Assembly (NCBI RefSeq): GCF_963921235.1
Contig: NC_086099.1
Span: 174,468,001 to 174,532,000, forward strand
Origin: Mobula hypostoma
Taxonomy: Eukaryota
Reading direction: 5' to 3'
DNA length: 64,000 nucleotides
Numbering within the stretch: the first letter of the stretch is position 1; each line of letters starts with the position of its first letter. The position numbers and the translations under genes were made by a program. This document shows, piece by piece, positions 50,099 through 63,094 of this stretch. The notes beneath the pieces are model-generated. The model did not search any database and was not told the DNA's origin. It was given only the letters and a program-made list of their open reading frames with translations.

Positions 50099-51684
50099 CA
50101 GGTTTCCCCCACCATCCGAAGGTTGAGCGTTCCTATGAAACGGTTCGTAAACCGAAATGTCATAAAGCGAAGAAGCAATTACCATTTATTTATATGGGAA
50201 AATTTTGTGAGCGTTCACAGACTGAAAAATAACCTACCAAATCATGCCAAATAACACATAACACCTAAAATAACAGTAACATATAGTAAAAGCGGGAATG
50301 ATATGATAAATACACAGCCTATATAAAGTAGAAATACTTTTCCACAATCATTGCCGGCACAGATCTCCGTAGCGAAAATCTCACGTGAGTGCCGTCGGCA
50401 GAAAATCTCACGCAAGCGCTGTTGGCAAAAACACGGAGCAAGTGCTCTCCAGTAATCTTTAAGCTATGAAGCTGCCAAATCATACCAAATAACACGTAAA
50501 AATACACAGCCTATATAAAGTAGAAATAATGTATGTACAGTGTAGTATCACTTACGGGAATCGGGAAGACAGCGAGCACACTGATGATGGTGTGTTAGAC
50601 TGAGTCGTCGCAGGTTGGGTGGTGCAGTGGCCCCCACCCTCCAGGCCGCTGAGCAATACATTGCCGCGAAGAACGCAGGAGTCCAGCGGTAGCGGCAGCA
50701 GATCTTTAAGAAAAAAGCCGAAACAAACATGCTAATTAACTAGGTGCTGCCCGTAATTGTCGGCCCAGATCAGTGCCGATTTCTGATTGCGTCGTCTCTG
50801 ATCTGGGCCGACAATTACGTGTCGGCAGCACCTAGTTAATTAGCATGTTTATTTCGGCTTTTTTCTTAAAGATGTGCTGTGTGCCTCCCGGCTACCTTTG
50901 CGTTTTCCACGAATCGGTATCTGTCTGCGGTCTGGATGTTGGGGTGGTGGGACACTGGAGTGTCATCTCGTCGCCTGTTTCCATTAGTACAGGCAGCTCA
51001 TCTTCTTTTATCTCTGCCCACCTCGATGTCGAAGGTCGAGGTTTGTCGTCTGCTGTGGCTGATGTGGAAGGCTTGCTTGACTGCTGAGCCTCGCGTGTTT
51101 TTCTATCACACAGTTCTTTAATAAGGACTCAAATCATCCTGCAAATATCCCCTAAACCAATGTACCCTTTCAAAATTAGAGTCGTACTTTACCATTACTC
51201 ATTCGGTTTCGATTGTTATCTTTTTTTCTTCCAATTGTGTCAGCTCCTCATCTGACAGTTCTTGGTGATGGGATGCCAAAACCTCTTCAACATCATCTTC
51301 GTCAGCTTCCACAAGCCAAACTCACTTTGTCCTTACTTCATTCACCATGATCAAAACGCTTAATTATGTCTAGTTTTACCGTAAGTGTAACACCCTTACG
51401 AGCTCTTTCAGGCTTTTCCGATACCATAGAACTCATCTTGCAAACAGTTGCTCACAGGCACGTGTTAAAGCAAAGCAGATCCGAATCCAGGGAGAGCGGC
51501 TGCTCGGGGCGCGCTGCCTTTTATCGCACGCTGATTTTTTTGCGCGCTGATTTTTTATTGCGCGCTGAATTTTTTTTTCGTAACAGTGAAAACACCTTCT
51601 GAAAGCGAAAACAGGGTACTAATGTAGGTCTTTTGTAACAGTGAGGTTTCGTAAAGCGTACGTTCGAAAAGCGGGGGACACCTG
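50099..51684 (-). mobile_element. Internally deleted Tigger/pogo DNA transposon (1586 bp)
   Basis: TA TSDs; TIRs CAGGTTTCCCCC / GGGGGACACCTG. The minus strand joins a transposase N-terminus (RKGVTLTVKLDIIKRFDHGE) to a C-terminus (DEDDVEEVLASHHQELSDEEL..DSNFER). Confidence 0.88.
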
Positions 51685-53019
51685 TACTTCTTCATCTTTT
51701 GGATGTATCTATCCTGAGTTTTCCAAATTACCTCCAGAAACTCCAGCCATTCCATCATCCCTGGTAGTGTACCCTTCCAATCATCTTTGGCCATACCTCT
51801 CTCATACCTTTGTAACTCCCTTTTCTCCATTGTAATACTAATAATTCTGATTATATTGGCTCCCTCTCAAACTGTGAATTCTATCATATTGACTTCACTG
51901 TCTCCTAAGTGTTCCTTTACCTTAAGCTCCTTAATCAAATCTAGTTCATTCCACAAAACCCGATCCAGAAATGCCTTTCCCCTAGTGGGTTCAACCATAC
52001 GGCTCTAAAATGTCATTTCACAGGCATTCTACAAATTCCCTCTCTTGGGATCTACCACCAACCTGATTTTCCCAATCTGCCTGCATATTGAAATCCCCCA
52101 TGACTATCGTAACATTGCCCTTATTACATGCCTTTTGTATTTCCTGTTGAAATGTATATCCCACATACTGTTTGGGGCCTGTACATAACTCCCATCAGGG
52201 TCTTTTTACCCTTGCAGTTTCTTAACTCTACTCCCAAGGATTCTACATCTTCCAATCCCATATCTTTCTAAGGATTTGATTTCATTTTTTAACAACAGAG
52301 CCACCTCATGTCCTCTGTCTATCTGCCCATCCTTTTGATACAAGGTGTATCCCTGGATGTTAAGCTGCTCCCAACTATGATCTTCTTACAGCCACATATC
52401 AGTGATGCCCACAACATCATACCTGCCAATCTCTAACTGCACTACAAGATCATCTACCTTAATCTGTATAGAGTCTGCATTCAAATATAACACTTTCAGC
52501 CCTGTATTCATCACCCTTTTCAATTTTGCCCCCAAGTTATATTTGACCTCATCGCACTGTCTGCAATTTTGCCCTTTCATTTGTCTGTCCATCCTCACAG
52601 TCTAGTTCCACACTACATTAACTTGTAAACCAACTACCCCATCTTCAAACCTATCATTCCAGTTCCCATTCCCCTGGCAACTTTAAACCCTCCCCAACAT
52701 CTCTAGCAAACATGCCTACAAAGATATTGGCCCCCCTCAGGTTCAGGTGTAACCCCTTCTTTGCAAACAGTTCATACCTTACCCTGAAGAGATGCCAATG
52801 GTCCAGAAATCTGAAGACCTGCCCTTGCCCCACTTACTGAGCTACTCATTAATCTGTACCATCATCATATTCCTGTCTTGACTAGCACATCACACTGGGA
52901 GTAATCCAGAGATTACAACTTTGGAGCCCCTGCTCTTCAGCCTTTTCCCCAACTCCCTACACTCACGGTGCAGGACCTCTTCCTTCTTTCCACCAATGTC
53001 ATTGGTGTCAATATACACA

Positions 53020-55200
53020 CAGTACCATATAACAGCATTCACAAGAAAAATCATAAATTAAACATCAATTAAACACAATTTTTACATGAAAACACAAGTA
53101 GAGCAAATAAAAAGTCGATTTTATTCATAGTGGTCATTGTGTTGCTAAACAGTAGTGATAAAGTGATAAGAACCAAAGGGTTGAAGGGAAGTAACTGCTC
53201 TTTTACCCGGTTGTGCAGGACTTCAGGCTTCTGTCAGATGGTAGCTGTGAGAAGATGGCATGAGCTGGATGGTGTAGATCTATCATTCATATATACATCC
53301 TGCTATGCCATACATTACATCAAAGAGGTACAAGGAAGAAAAACAGAAAGCAGAATATAGTGTTAATTACAGAGAAAGTGCAATGCAGGTATACAAATAA
53401 AGAGTAAGGGCCGTGACAAGGTAAATCGAAAGATCAAGAGTTCATCTCTAGTGTATAAAAGGCCCATTCAAAAGTCTGATTATGGCTGATTAGAAGTTGT
53501 CCCTGAACCTTGTGATAACTGTTATCTCGCTTTTGTATCGTTGCGCGGTGAGAATGGGGAGAAGAGTGAATGACCAGGGTGGGAGAGGTTCCTTGATTAT
53601 ATTGGCTGCTTTCCTCAGAAAGTGAGAATTGTAGACAAAAATAGCGGAAGGGAGTTTGGTCTTGTGTTATGGATTGGCTGTGTTTACAACTGCTTGCGGT
53701 TTCTTGCCTTGTTTGGGGAGAGCAGTTGGCAAACCAAGCTGTCATGTATCCAAATAGGATACTTTCTATGGTGCATCTTTAAAAAATGGTCAGAGTCATT
53801 GGGAACATGCAGAATTTCTATAGCCTTCTGAGGAAGCAGAGGTTTTGATGTGCTTTCTTGGCCATAGTATGGGATCATTTTGCAAGGGTAAGTCCTATAT
53901 GACTGTTGGAGTATTAAGATAAAACTGGTGATGAATGGCCCTTTGTAGCCACATCTGAACTGCATTACTCTGTGGCAGGAATACAGAAACTGGCAAGGAA
54001 AGTCCCAATCCACTTCATCAATTGACTTCTTCTTGGAAGAAGCATCAAGAATAGCAAAGGCAAAGATATTTCTCTGCATGGGTTAAAAGTGGATCATTAG
54101 TACCACCTCCCAGTCTTTCTTAGCCATTACGTGACCAGAATTATAATCAGGTTTACTATAGTCATAGTCATACTTTATTGATCCCGAAGGAAATTTTGTT
54201 TCGTTACAGTTGCATCAACCAAGAACAGAGTATTACTGACATTGTTGCAGCAAAATCAAAAATTGCAAACCCCTTTTCAAGAAAAGTTGGGATATTTTCC
54301 AAAATGCAATAAAAACAAAAATCTGTGATATGTTAATTCACGTGAACCTTTATTTAACTGACAAAAGTACAAAGAAAAGATTTTCAATAGTTTTACTGAC
54401 CAACTTAATTGTATTTTGTAAACATTCAAGGTCCAAGGGAATACCCTGTCAGGTCCTGGGGATTTATCCACTTTAATTTGCCTCAAGATAGCAAGCACTT
54501 CCTCCTTTTCAATCTGTACAGTTTCCATGATCTCACAACTTGTTTCCCTTAATTCCATAGACTTCATGCCAGTTTCCTTAGTAAATACAGACGCAAAAAA
54601 ATAACTAAATACATAGTGTCAAAGACAGTGTTATTGACGGTTCAGAAATGTAATGGTGGAGGGGTTCAAGTAGTTTCTAAAATGTTGAGTGTGGGTCTCT
54701 TTATGCTCCTGTACCTCCTCCCTGATGGCAATAATGAGAAGGGGGCATGTCCCAGATGGTGAAGGTCCTTAATGATGGATGCTGTCTTCTTGAAGCACTG
54801 CCTTTCAACAATATCTTCAATGATGGGAGGCTTGTGCCTCTGATGGAGCTGGCTGGGTCTACAACCCTCTGATGATCCTGTGCACCTCCATACCAGACAA
54901 TGATGGAACCAGTCAGAATGCTCTCTACAAATACAGGTATAGGTAAACATTTGCTAGAGTTTTTGGTGACATGCCAAATCTCCTAATGAAGAATAACCAC
55001 TGGCATGCTTTCTTCATGATTGCATCACGTATTGGGCTCAGAATAGATGCTCTGAGATGTTGACACCCAGGAATTTGAAGCTGCTCACACTTTCCACTGA
55101 TGATTGGTGTGTGTTATCCGCTTTCTGAAGTCAACAATCTATTCCTTGGTCTTACATACGTTGAGTGTGAAGTTGTTGTTGCAACCCACTCAACCAACCA
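53020..55200 (-). mobile_element. Cluster of Rex1/Babar and CR1 LINE fragments
   Basis: KTASIIKDLHHLGHAPFSLLPSGRRYRS (Rex/Babar); IKVDKSPGPD (CR1). Confidence 0.65.
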
Positions 55201-55578
55201 ATATAAGCTGTCATTAAAAATGATATTAACTCAGATTATGATGGGCCCAGTAGGTTCTGGATTTCCTTACAGCCTTGGTCTAGGGATGAAGTCCCAGTGA
55301 TTGCCCTTGATATAAAGCCAGGACCTAGCTGATTGGGTCAGCAAACATTGAAAGGTGAAGTCCGTGATGATCAGAAGAGAAATATTTCCCACTGCTTGGA
55401 ATTGTACCTTGCAGGAAGAAAGTGTTTTGTGGTTGTTGGGGAACAACCATCTCCGCTACCAGATGGGAGCATCAAGGTTCTAATCCAAGGTCCACAAAGA
55501 CTTGCAGTGAACATGTATCGTTATTATTTCGATATTTGTAGGTTGAAATCCTGGAACTCATTAGCAGATCTTTTTATA

Positions 55579-55850
55579 GGCGCCACAGTAGCATAGTGGT
55601 TAGCAGCATGCTATTACAGCTTAGGTGTTGAAGTCTGGAGTTCAATTCCAGCATCCTCTGTAAGTAAGTCTGTATGTTCTTCCCATGTACACGTGTGTTT
55701 CCTCCCACAGTTGAAACATGTATGGATTAGTAGTTGGCCATTTTGAATTGTCCTGCAATTCGGCTAGGGTTAAACCAATGGGTTGTTGGACGGTGCAGCG
55801 TGATGGGGCAGAAGGCCTCTTCCACACGTCATCTCTAAACAAAAATAAAG
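55579..55850 (+). mobile_element. tRNA-derived SINE (HE1/V-SINE-like)
   Basis: A-box TAGCATAGTGG, B-box GAGTTCAATTCC, V-domain-like GTTTCCTCCCACAG, A-rich tail. Confidence 0.7.
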
Positions 55851-56584
55851 CAGCAGTGGATGCAGTGTCACCACATAAACTGTTGTGTTCCACCAGTGGA
55901 GCTCATTATCTTCCTTGGGACAATTTGGAATGACATTAAGTAACATCCACAACCTGCAAATAAAGTTCAAAGTAAGGTCACTTTGCTCATCTTCCATAAA
56001 TTCAATCAGAGGATAAGTCCGAGATTTGAATCAAGATTTGTCTTCAATAGCATCCTACATGCATAAGTTGAGAAGGTGGGGCATCAATTGTATATTTCAA
56101 CACTCTAGAAGTTGCCTGAATACTGCCAGTGACTGATAATCTTAATCGTGGAACAACCTGGTCAGTCACCATGTGGGAAATATTATCAGTAATTGACCTT
56201 CAAGTTCAAGTTTATTGTTATTCAACAGCACACATGTATGCAGCTAAATAAAGCAACATTCTGCAGGACCAAGGTGCAAGTCACAGTAAATATATCACAT
56301 CCAGTTTACATAAAGTGCATATACAACATAGAGTTAAATATAACAGCACTCAGAGCCCAATGGTTACATTTTTCAATGTTGATCCATTAGGAAATCATTG
56401 GTATAGTTATGCTATTGATAGCCTAACAACAGGACATTAATTAAGGTTTAGTACATACAACACACACCACCCTAAACTTCGCAGATATCAGCCAATAACA
56501 AAAAAGAAGCACAGGTCAAGACAGGCAATTTATGACATACAAAAAAAATCTGAGAGTGGGTTGGGGATACAGCCAGAGATGGTC

Positions 56585-56965
56585 AGCCGGCTCTGTTTTA
56601 ATTGTCAACGCTTTTACACGCAGGGGGACAGCACGTGTAGGAGACGCGGTCTTCAACCCAGCTGGTCCTGGCTTGGGGGCCGGCGCTCGGAAGATGGCTG
56701 ACGGCTTCGTTACTGCCAACGAAGAGTGCAGTTGACAGGTAAGCGGGGCAGCGGGATCCATGTTCCAGCGCGATGATCATGCCGCCCCGCCGCGTGGGCT
56801 CGCGAGCCCCTCTCCGGCGGCCAGCCGGCCGGAGCGCGGTGCGGCGCGTGCCAGCGCCAGGTGTGCGGTGATTGACAGGAAATCCCTGGGCGTTAATTGG
56901 ATCGTGCTGCGATCCCGTCAAAACGCTGCATCCCCAAGCAGCCGGCTCCGGTCGCAGTCACGTTA
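56585..56965. promoter_or_regulatory. CpG island / promoter of an unidentified gene
   Basis: GC- and CpG-rich, apparently non-repetitive stretch in AT-rich surroundings. CCAAT 56492, E-box CACGTG 56632, CGGAAGATGGC (ETS+YY1) ~56688-56698, palindrome GGGCTCGCGAGCCC 56796-56809, GC boxes. Confidence 0.75.
56680..56738 (+). other. Candidate first exon of a plus-strand gene, carrying a 13-codon uORF (MADGFVTANEECS*)
   Basis: ATG 56694 in AAGATGG context, TGA 56733-56735, strong donor CAG|GTAAGC at 56738/56739. Confidence 0.5.
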
Positions 56966-58969
56966 ATAGAGTCACCAGTTTTTTTTACCTTGTCCTCTCT
57001 GCATTTCAAGGTAGGTTGCATGTTCGGCCTTTTACAACAATGAAAGAAACCGGCGTTGATTTTAAACGATGAATCAGCGACAATTGCTGAAAGCTTTATG
57101 GCATCAGGAACATCTTTGTTGGATGTTAAACTAGGCTTTTTTTTATTTTGAATGAGAATGTAACGCAATATTATCTTTGTGTGCATGTATATTTTATACT
57201 AACATCCATACCTGTATATTTTCTGTATTCCAATTGTGGTAGCTGATGATTCAGCAAAATAAAAAAAAAAGCTCTTAACATATATTTATGCCGTTAATGG
57301 AGGATACCCAGGCTGAGGCTCTGCCTAGGAACTTAAATAAATTCATTTAGCTTCTAGGCTGATATTTTATGTGAGAAAGCAAACTATCTCAGCAAAATTT
57401 CTAGGTAACAACAAACAGAACAAACACTGTCAATGACTTGTACAAATAACAGGGCCAGACATAATCTGAATATCAAGTTGTCAAACTCCAGTTGGGGTGA
57501 TTCCAAGCAGGGCAGGTTAATCACATGACATTCCAGCCATGTGACATGTGCAAATACCATTGCATTTACCTTGGGTATCAAGTGTAATGATTTTATTTCT
57601 CTAGGTGGCTTTGCACCATACAGGTTTTACTGATTCAGAGATATTTGTACATTTAATGTAATGACCACACAGAAATTAACCTTGAGACCCGTATAGATTT
57701 TATACTAAAAAAAGTCGCCTACGCAAATCATCTTTGCTTGTAGTGGCAGCTGTAATTAAAAAAGCAAAGCACATAAGGAAGAGGGAAGTTGAAGTTGTGG
57801 AGAGGTACAACTTAAAGAGAGAAAACAAGGTGATTAGCATGTTGTTTAATGAGTTGATACTGAAAAAAAATTAACCTATCATGTCTGTCAAACGTTTCCT
57901 CCACTTATTCCACCAATATACAATGGTATTCCACTGAAATTGTTCTGATAAGTAATTTAGGTAAGTCTTACATCTTTTTACTTAACTGGAAGTACAATAC
58001 AAAGAAACGAGGCTAAACTGTACTTAATTGTAAATGATTATCAAGTACCTGTATACTGTCTGTAATTTTCTTGTTTATTTTTGTATCTATCCTGAAACCA
58101 CAGCAGGATGTTCCCTGAGCTGCTTGTGGTGCAGTTAAGTTTCTCAGCTGATGCTACTTTTAATATGTTTTGTCCCTTTGTACTTTCTTGGTCTGGGGTT
58201 TACATAGAATGTAAAACAGTACAGCCCAGGAAAAGGTGCTTTGGCCCACGATGGCTGTGATGTCCAAGATGCTAAATTAATCTAATCTCATCTCCCTAGA
58301 GGATCAGTATTCCTCTAGGTGCCTTTTTAAATATGACTCTCATACCTGCTTCCACCATCTCCCCTGGCAGCCCGTTCCAAGCACCTACTGACCACTGATA
58401 GTTGGCCATCAAGTTCCGTTATAACATTTGTGCAGTCTTTGTTGGTGAGCTGGAATGCAGCTGGAAACACCATAAGATATAGGAGCAGAATTAGGCCATT
58501 TGGCCCATCAAGTCTGCTCCACCATTTCTCCATGGCTGATCCTCTCAGTCCTAATCTCCTGTCTCTCCCCCCGCCCCCACGCATATCCCTTCATGCCCAA
58601 TCAAGAATCTATCGACCTCTGCCTTAGACCAGTCTTGGAGGTGCTTACGCCTCCAAAGAGGGGCAGTTTGGGTGAGGAATGATGCTGTAGCAGGGGCAGT
58701 CACTGAGGCCTTCCTGAGTGCTCTAGCTCTAATAACTTGGTCCTGTTGGCTGTCTTCAAGGATAATATGGTCCTTTTTATCAAAGCACACAAACCTATTC
58801 TGTAGTGGCACAAGACCCCAGCTCACTTGTAATAATGCCACTGTATTTGAGGCTGTCTTTCGTACAAACATTGTTTTACTTTCTTGAATATCCATGGTTT
58901 TGATGACCCCGGGCAAGAACTCCATATTGGATCTGACATGGCATATGGAGCTGTCCATATGGATTACAT

Positions 58970-60300
58970 GTCTTGACACTTACATCCACTATGATGAAGT
59001 GCTTTGAGAGGCTAGTGATGAAATATATCAACTCCTTCTGGAGAAGCAACTTGGATCCACTCCAATTTGCCTTCCGTCACAACAGGTCAACAGCAGATGT
59101 CATTTCATTGGCTCTTCACTCAACCCTGAAACATCTGGACACTGAAGATGCATATATCAGGATGCTTTTCATTGACTGCAGCTTGTCATTGAATACTCAC
59201 TTGTAGACTGCAGTCTGTTCAGATAGGCAATGACATTTCCCCCATAATCTCTGTCAGCATTGATACTCGCTTATTACTTATAAAGGCTAAACACAACTCC
59301 AATGCCAGCTTTAAGTTTGCTGGCGATACCACTGTCGTTGGCTGAATCAAAGTTGGCATTGAATCAGCATGTATGAGGGAGATTGAAAATCTGGCTGAGT
59401 GGTGCCAAAACAACAACATCTTACTCAATGTCAGGAAGATCAAAGAGCTGATTATTGACTTTTGCAGGAGGAAACCAGAGGTCTATGAGCCAGTCCTCAT
59501 CAGAGGTGGAGAGGGTCAGCAACTTTAAATTCCTCAGTGTTAGCATTTCCGAGGGTCTGTCCTGGGGCTAGCATGTAGGTGCCACTATACAGAAAACACG
59601 GCAAAGTCTCTGTTTATTTAGAAGTTTGTGAAGAATTGGCAAGACATCGAAAACTTTGACAAACAATAGCCGTGTGGTGGAGAGTATATTGACTGGTTGC
59701 ATCATATTTTGGTATGGAAGCACCAACGCTCTTGAACGGAAGAGCCTCCAATAAGTAGTGCAGACAGTCCCGTCCATCGGGGTAACGCCCTTCCCACCAT
59801 TGAACACATCTACATGGAGAGCAGACGCAGGAAAGAGGCGTCCATCAGCAAGGACTCCCATAATCCAGGCCATGCTCTCTTCTTGCTGCTGCCATCAGGA
59901 GGAAGGTACAGGAGCCTCAGGACTCACACCACTGCATTCAGGAACAGTTGTTACCCTTCAAACATCAAACTCTTGAACAAGAGGGGATAACATCACTCAA
60001 CTTCACTCACCCCATCACTGAATTGTTCCCACAACCTATGGACTCACTTTCAAGGTCTCTTCATCTCATGTTATTAATATTTATTGTTTGTTTATTATTT
60101 TTTCTCCCTTTCTGTATTTGCACAGTTTGTCTGTTGCACACACTAGGTTGTTTGCCCGTTCTGTTTGGGGCTGTCTTTCATTGATTCTATTGTGTAATTT
60201 GCATTTACTGTGAATGCCCGCAAAAATGAATCTCAGGTTTGTGTGTCGTGACATATATGTAGTTTAGAAACAAATTTACACTGTACTTTGAAATTTGAAA
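58970..60300 (+). mobile_element. Rex1/Babar-type LINE RT and 3' end
   Basis: LTSTMMKCFERLV..LDPLQFAFRHNRSTAD..YIRMLFID; KFAGDT. Confidence 0.85.
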
Positions 60301-60309
60301 CAGTGCCAC

Positions 60310-61590
60310 TGTATTGAGTACATAAAATCTCCTCAAACTCCTAATGAGATATAGCTGCTGGAGTGCCTTCTTTGTAATCGCATCCACATGTTGGGCCCAG
60401 GATAGGTCTTCAGAGATGTTAACACCCAGACACTTGAAGCTGCTCATCCTTTCCACTGCTGGCCTCTCAATGAGGCCCTTCCTGAAGTCTACAATCAGTT
60501 CCTTGGTCTTACTGACACTGAGTGCAAGGTTGTTGTAACACCACTCAACCAGCCAATCTATCTAACTCCTATATGCCTCATTGTCATCTGAGATTCTGCT
60601 GACAACAGTTGAGTCATCAGCATATTTATAGATGGTGTGTGAGCGGTGCATAGTCACATAGTCATGTGTGTAGAGAAAACACAGCAGTGGGCTCTTGAAG
60701 TGCATCGGTGTTGATAATGAGGAGAAGAGGTTATTACGAGTGACATTGTGATGAGGGTCTTGTGTGATGGATGCTGCCTTTTGAAGGTGCTTTGGAGGCT
60801 AGTGCCCAATATGGAGCTGGCTGAGTTTACGACTTTCTGCAGCTTTTACCAATATTGTGTAGTTGCCCCTCCATACCTGACAAGTGATGCCATCAGTAGT
60901 CCATGGTACATCTGTCGAAATTTGCGAGTGTCTTTGGTGACATACCAATTCGCCTCAAATTCAAACTGAAATGCAGTTGCCGTCATGCCTTCTTTGTAAT
61001 CGCATCAACATGTTGGGCTCAGGATACACCCTCAGAGATGCTGACACCCAAGAGCTTGAAGTTGTTCACCCTTTCCACTTCTGACCCCTCAATGACAACT
61101 GGTGTTTGTTCTCTTGACTTCCCCTTCCTGAAGCCCACAATCAATTCCTTGGTCTTGTTGACATTGAGGACAAGGTAGTTGTGACACCACTCAACCAGCT
61201 GATCTATCTCACTCTTATACCCCTCCTCAGCACCATCTGAGGTTCTGGCAACAACAATTATGTCATCATCAAATTCATAGATGCCATTTGAGCTATGCGT
61301 AGCCACGTAGTCACAGAGAGAATAGAGTAGTCGGCTAGGCACACATCCCTGAGGTGTGCCAGTGCTGATTGTCAGCAAGGAGCAGATATTATTTCTGATC
61401 CACACTGACTGTGCTCTCCCTATGAGGAAGGGGGAGGTTTCAGAGGGAGGTACAGAAGCTCAGGTTTTGAAACTTACTGATTCGTACTGAGGGGATGATG
61501 GTGTTGAACACTGAATTGGAATAATTAAACAGCAGTCTGACTTGGGTATTGCTGTCGTCCAGATGGTCCAAGATCAAGTGTTTTATTTCT
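60310..61590 (-). mobile_element. Two Rex1/Babar-type LINE fragments
   Basis: STGTPQGCV..EFDDD..WCHN.L.LNVNKTKELIVGFRK. Confidence 0.8.
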
Positions 61591-62066
61591 GTAATTCTTC
61601 ACAGGAAAGCCTTGCTGATTTGAATTGCAATTTCCATGTTTAAAAGGGCCATCAAAAAGGATGATGCTTCCCAGGCACTCTCTGCGTTTAAAAATAAAAC
61701 TTGCCTTGCACATCTCCTTTTAAACTTCCACCCACTCACCTTAAATCTATCCGCTCCGGTATCTGACATTTCCCCTTTGGATAAAATGACTCTAATTACT
61801 CTGTCTGTGTCTCTCATTATTTTATCTTCTTGTATCAGGTTGTCCCGAAGCATCCAGCATTCCATAATTTCTCAACTTTGCTACTTAGTGACCTGACTGA
61901 TGAAGGCAAGCATGCTATATGTTTTCTTCACCACCTGCCTGCTTGTTTTGTCACTTTCAGGGAGCTATAGAACTGAACCCCAAGCTTCCTTTGTACATCA
62001 GTGCTCTAAGGGTGATGAACCATTGGTGAATTGGTTTATTATTGTTGTGTGTATTGAGGTACAATG

Positions 62067-63070
62067 TGTTATGTTTTGTAACTTCAAAACATTAAACTAC
62101 TTCAAAGGAAGACATGGGAGCCTGAAGTGAGTCTAAATTCATGTTTTACTTTAAGAGAGGGGTGCATGTATCATGTGGTAGTGTCACGAAGGATGCAATT
62201 CACTTACTTCTACATATAACCCATAATGAATTAGTAAAAGAACAAGAATGCTTAATCAAACAATATATTTACAAGATATTAAATACATTCCTCCCTGCTT
62301 AGCTATAAACTCCAACTCAATATAAAATGCATCTCAACTATATACACAAGATACAATCTAATACAACTACTATGCTGATATCCACAGGACAATAATTGTC
62401 CCATTTATGCCTGAAATTTTAATCGCTGTGGAGGCTTTCTTACTCTTATGGGATAACATTTTTCCTGACAATGGGGATTGTTCTGCTCGGTAGGTGAGGC
62501 TTGTTGGCGGCGAAAAAAATCTCAAGTTTCTGGTGCCTGCTCCGTGGTGGTTGCAGGAGTTGACAGTGGGACTGCAGGAAGTGGTTTTGATAGCTCTGAA
62601 CTCCCTCCTCCTCTTCTCAGCTTTTCCCTTTGGGTCTACTCTTCTTCTCTTCAACTTCATCTTTCTTTTTCTCACCTTCCTTTTTCTTCTAGTTTTCAGG
62701 TGCTTTGTCAAATATGTTGCATACAAAAACTGGACCACTGCTTTTATGACTTTTAAAATTCCTTTCAGCAGCATGGTCCTTCCTTGGTCCAATATGCTTT
62801 CCAACCAGAGACACAGAGGTTGGCACCAACATCTGTGTGGCCTCTATTTGGCAATGGTTAATGCTGTGCAGCATGGAGTTAGTTGTGGCATCATCCAGTA
62901 TCTTAATTCGGTTTCAGTTGACTCTTACAGAGGATGTGGTGTGCAAATGGGGGATGGATCTTGAACCTAGCTGAAATTATCTCAGCCACTCAGGACCCCA
63001 CTATGCTGACCCTTCTGTTTTTAACACATACAAGCCTAACGTAGCTTGTTGGTTGTTGCATTTTTCTGTT
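62067..63070 (-). mobile_element. Gypsy LTR retrotransposon remnant: 3' LTR (62067-62287), PPT and deleted internal region
   Basis: On the minus strand, PPT AAGCAGGGAGGAA is followed by TGTA..AACA; pol C-terminal motif YPIRVRKPPQRL. Confidence 0.6.
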
Positions 63071-63094
63071 ATGAATGTCACAGAGTTAACCTTT

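Larger units (their letters stand above)
45172..53010 (-). mobile_element. Near-full-length degraded CR1 LINE (ORF1 remnant, APE, RT, 3'UTR) split by three insertions
   Basis: APE start LKVLYLNADSI..YDVVGITDMWL (52386-52520), KSPGPDG (~49610), QHGF..SCLTNL..YLDFQEAFDKV (~47330-47460), KFVNDTK (~46070), 3' tail at 45172. The CR1 sequence resumes across each TSD. Confidence 0.88.

Noticed and set aside
53890-54075. Possible additional minus-strand exon (RNIFAFAILDASSKKK..)
   Set aside because: The acceptor is plausible but there is no clear donor, the frame is ambiguous and it is embedded among LINE fragments; left out of the exon chain.
55579-55655. tRNA-like A/B boxes
   Set aside because: Head of a SINE; no complete cloverleaf or acceptor stem, so not a tRNA gene.
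62370-62964. 144-aa and 156-aa overlapping ORFs (Lys/Arg-rich and hydrophobic)
   Set aside because: They lie within a decayed Gypsy internal region; off-frame or antisense translations of low-complexity sequence.
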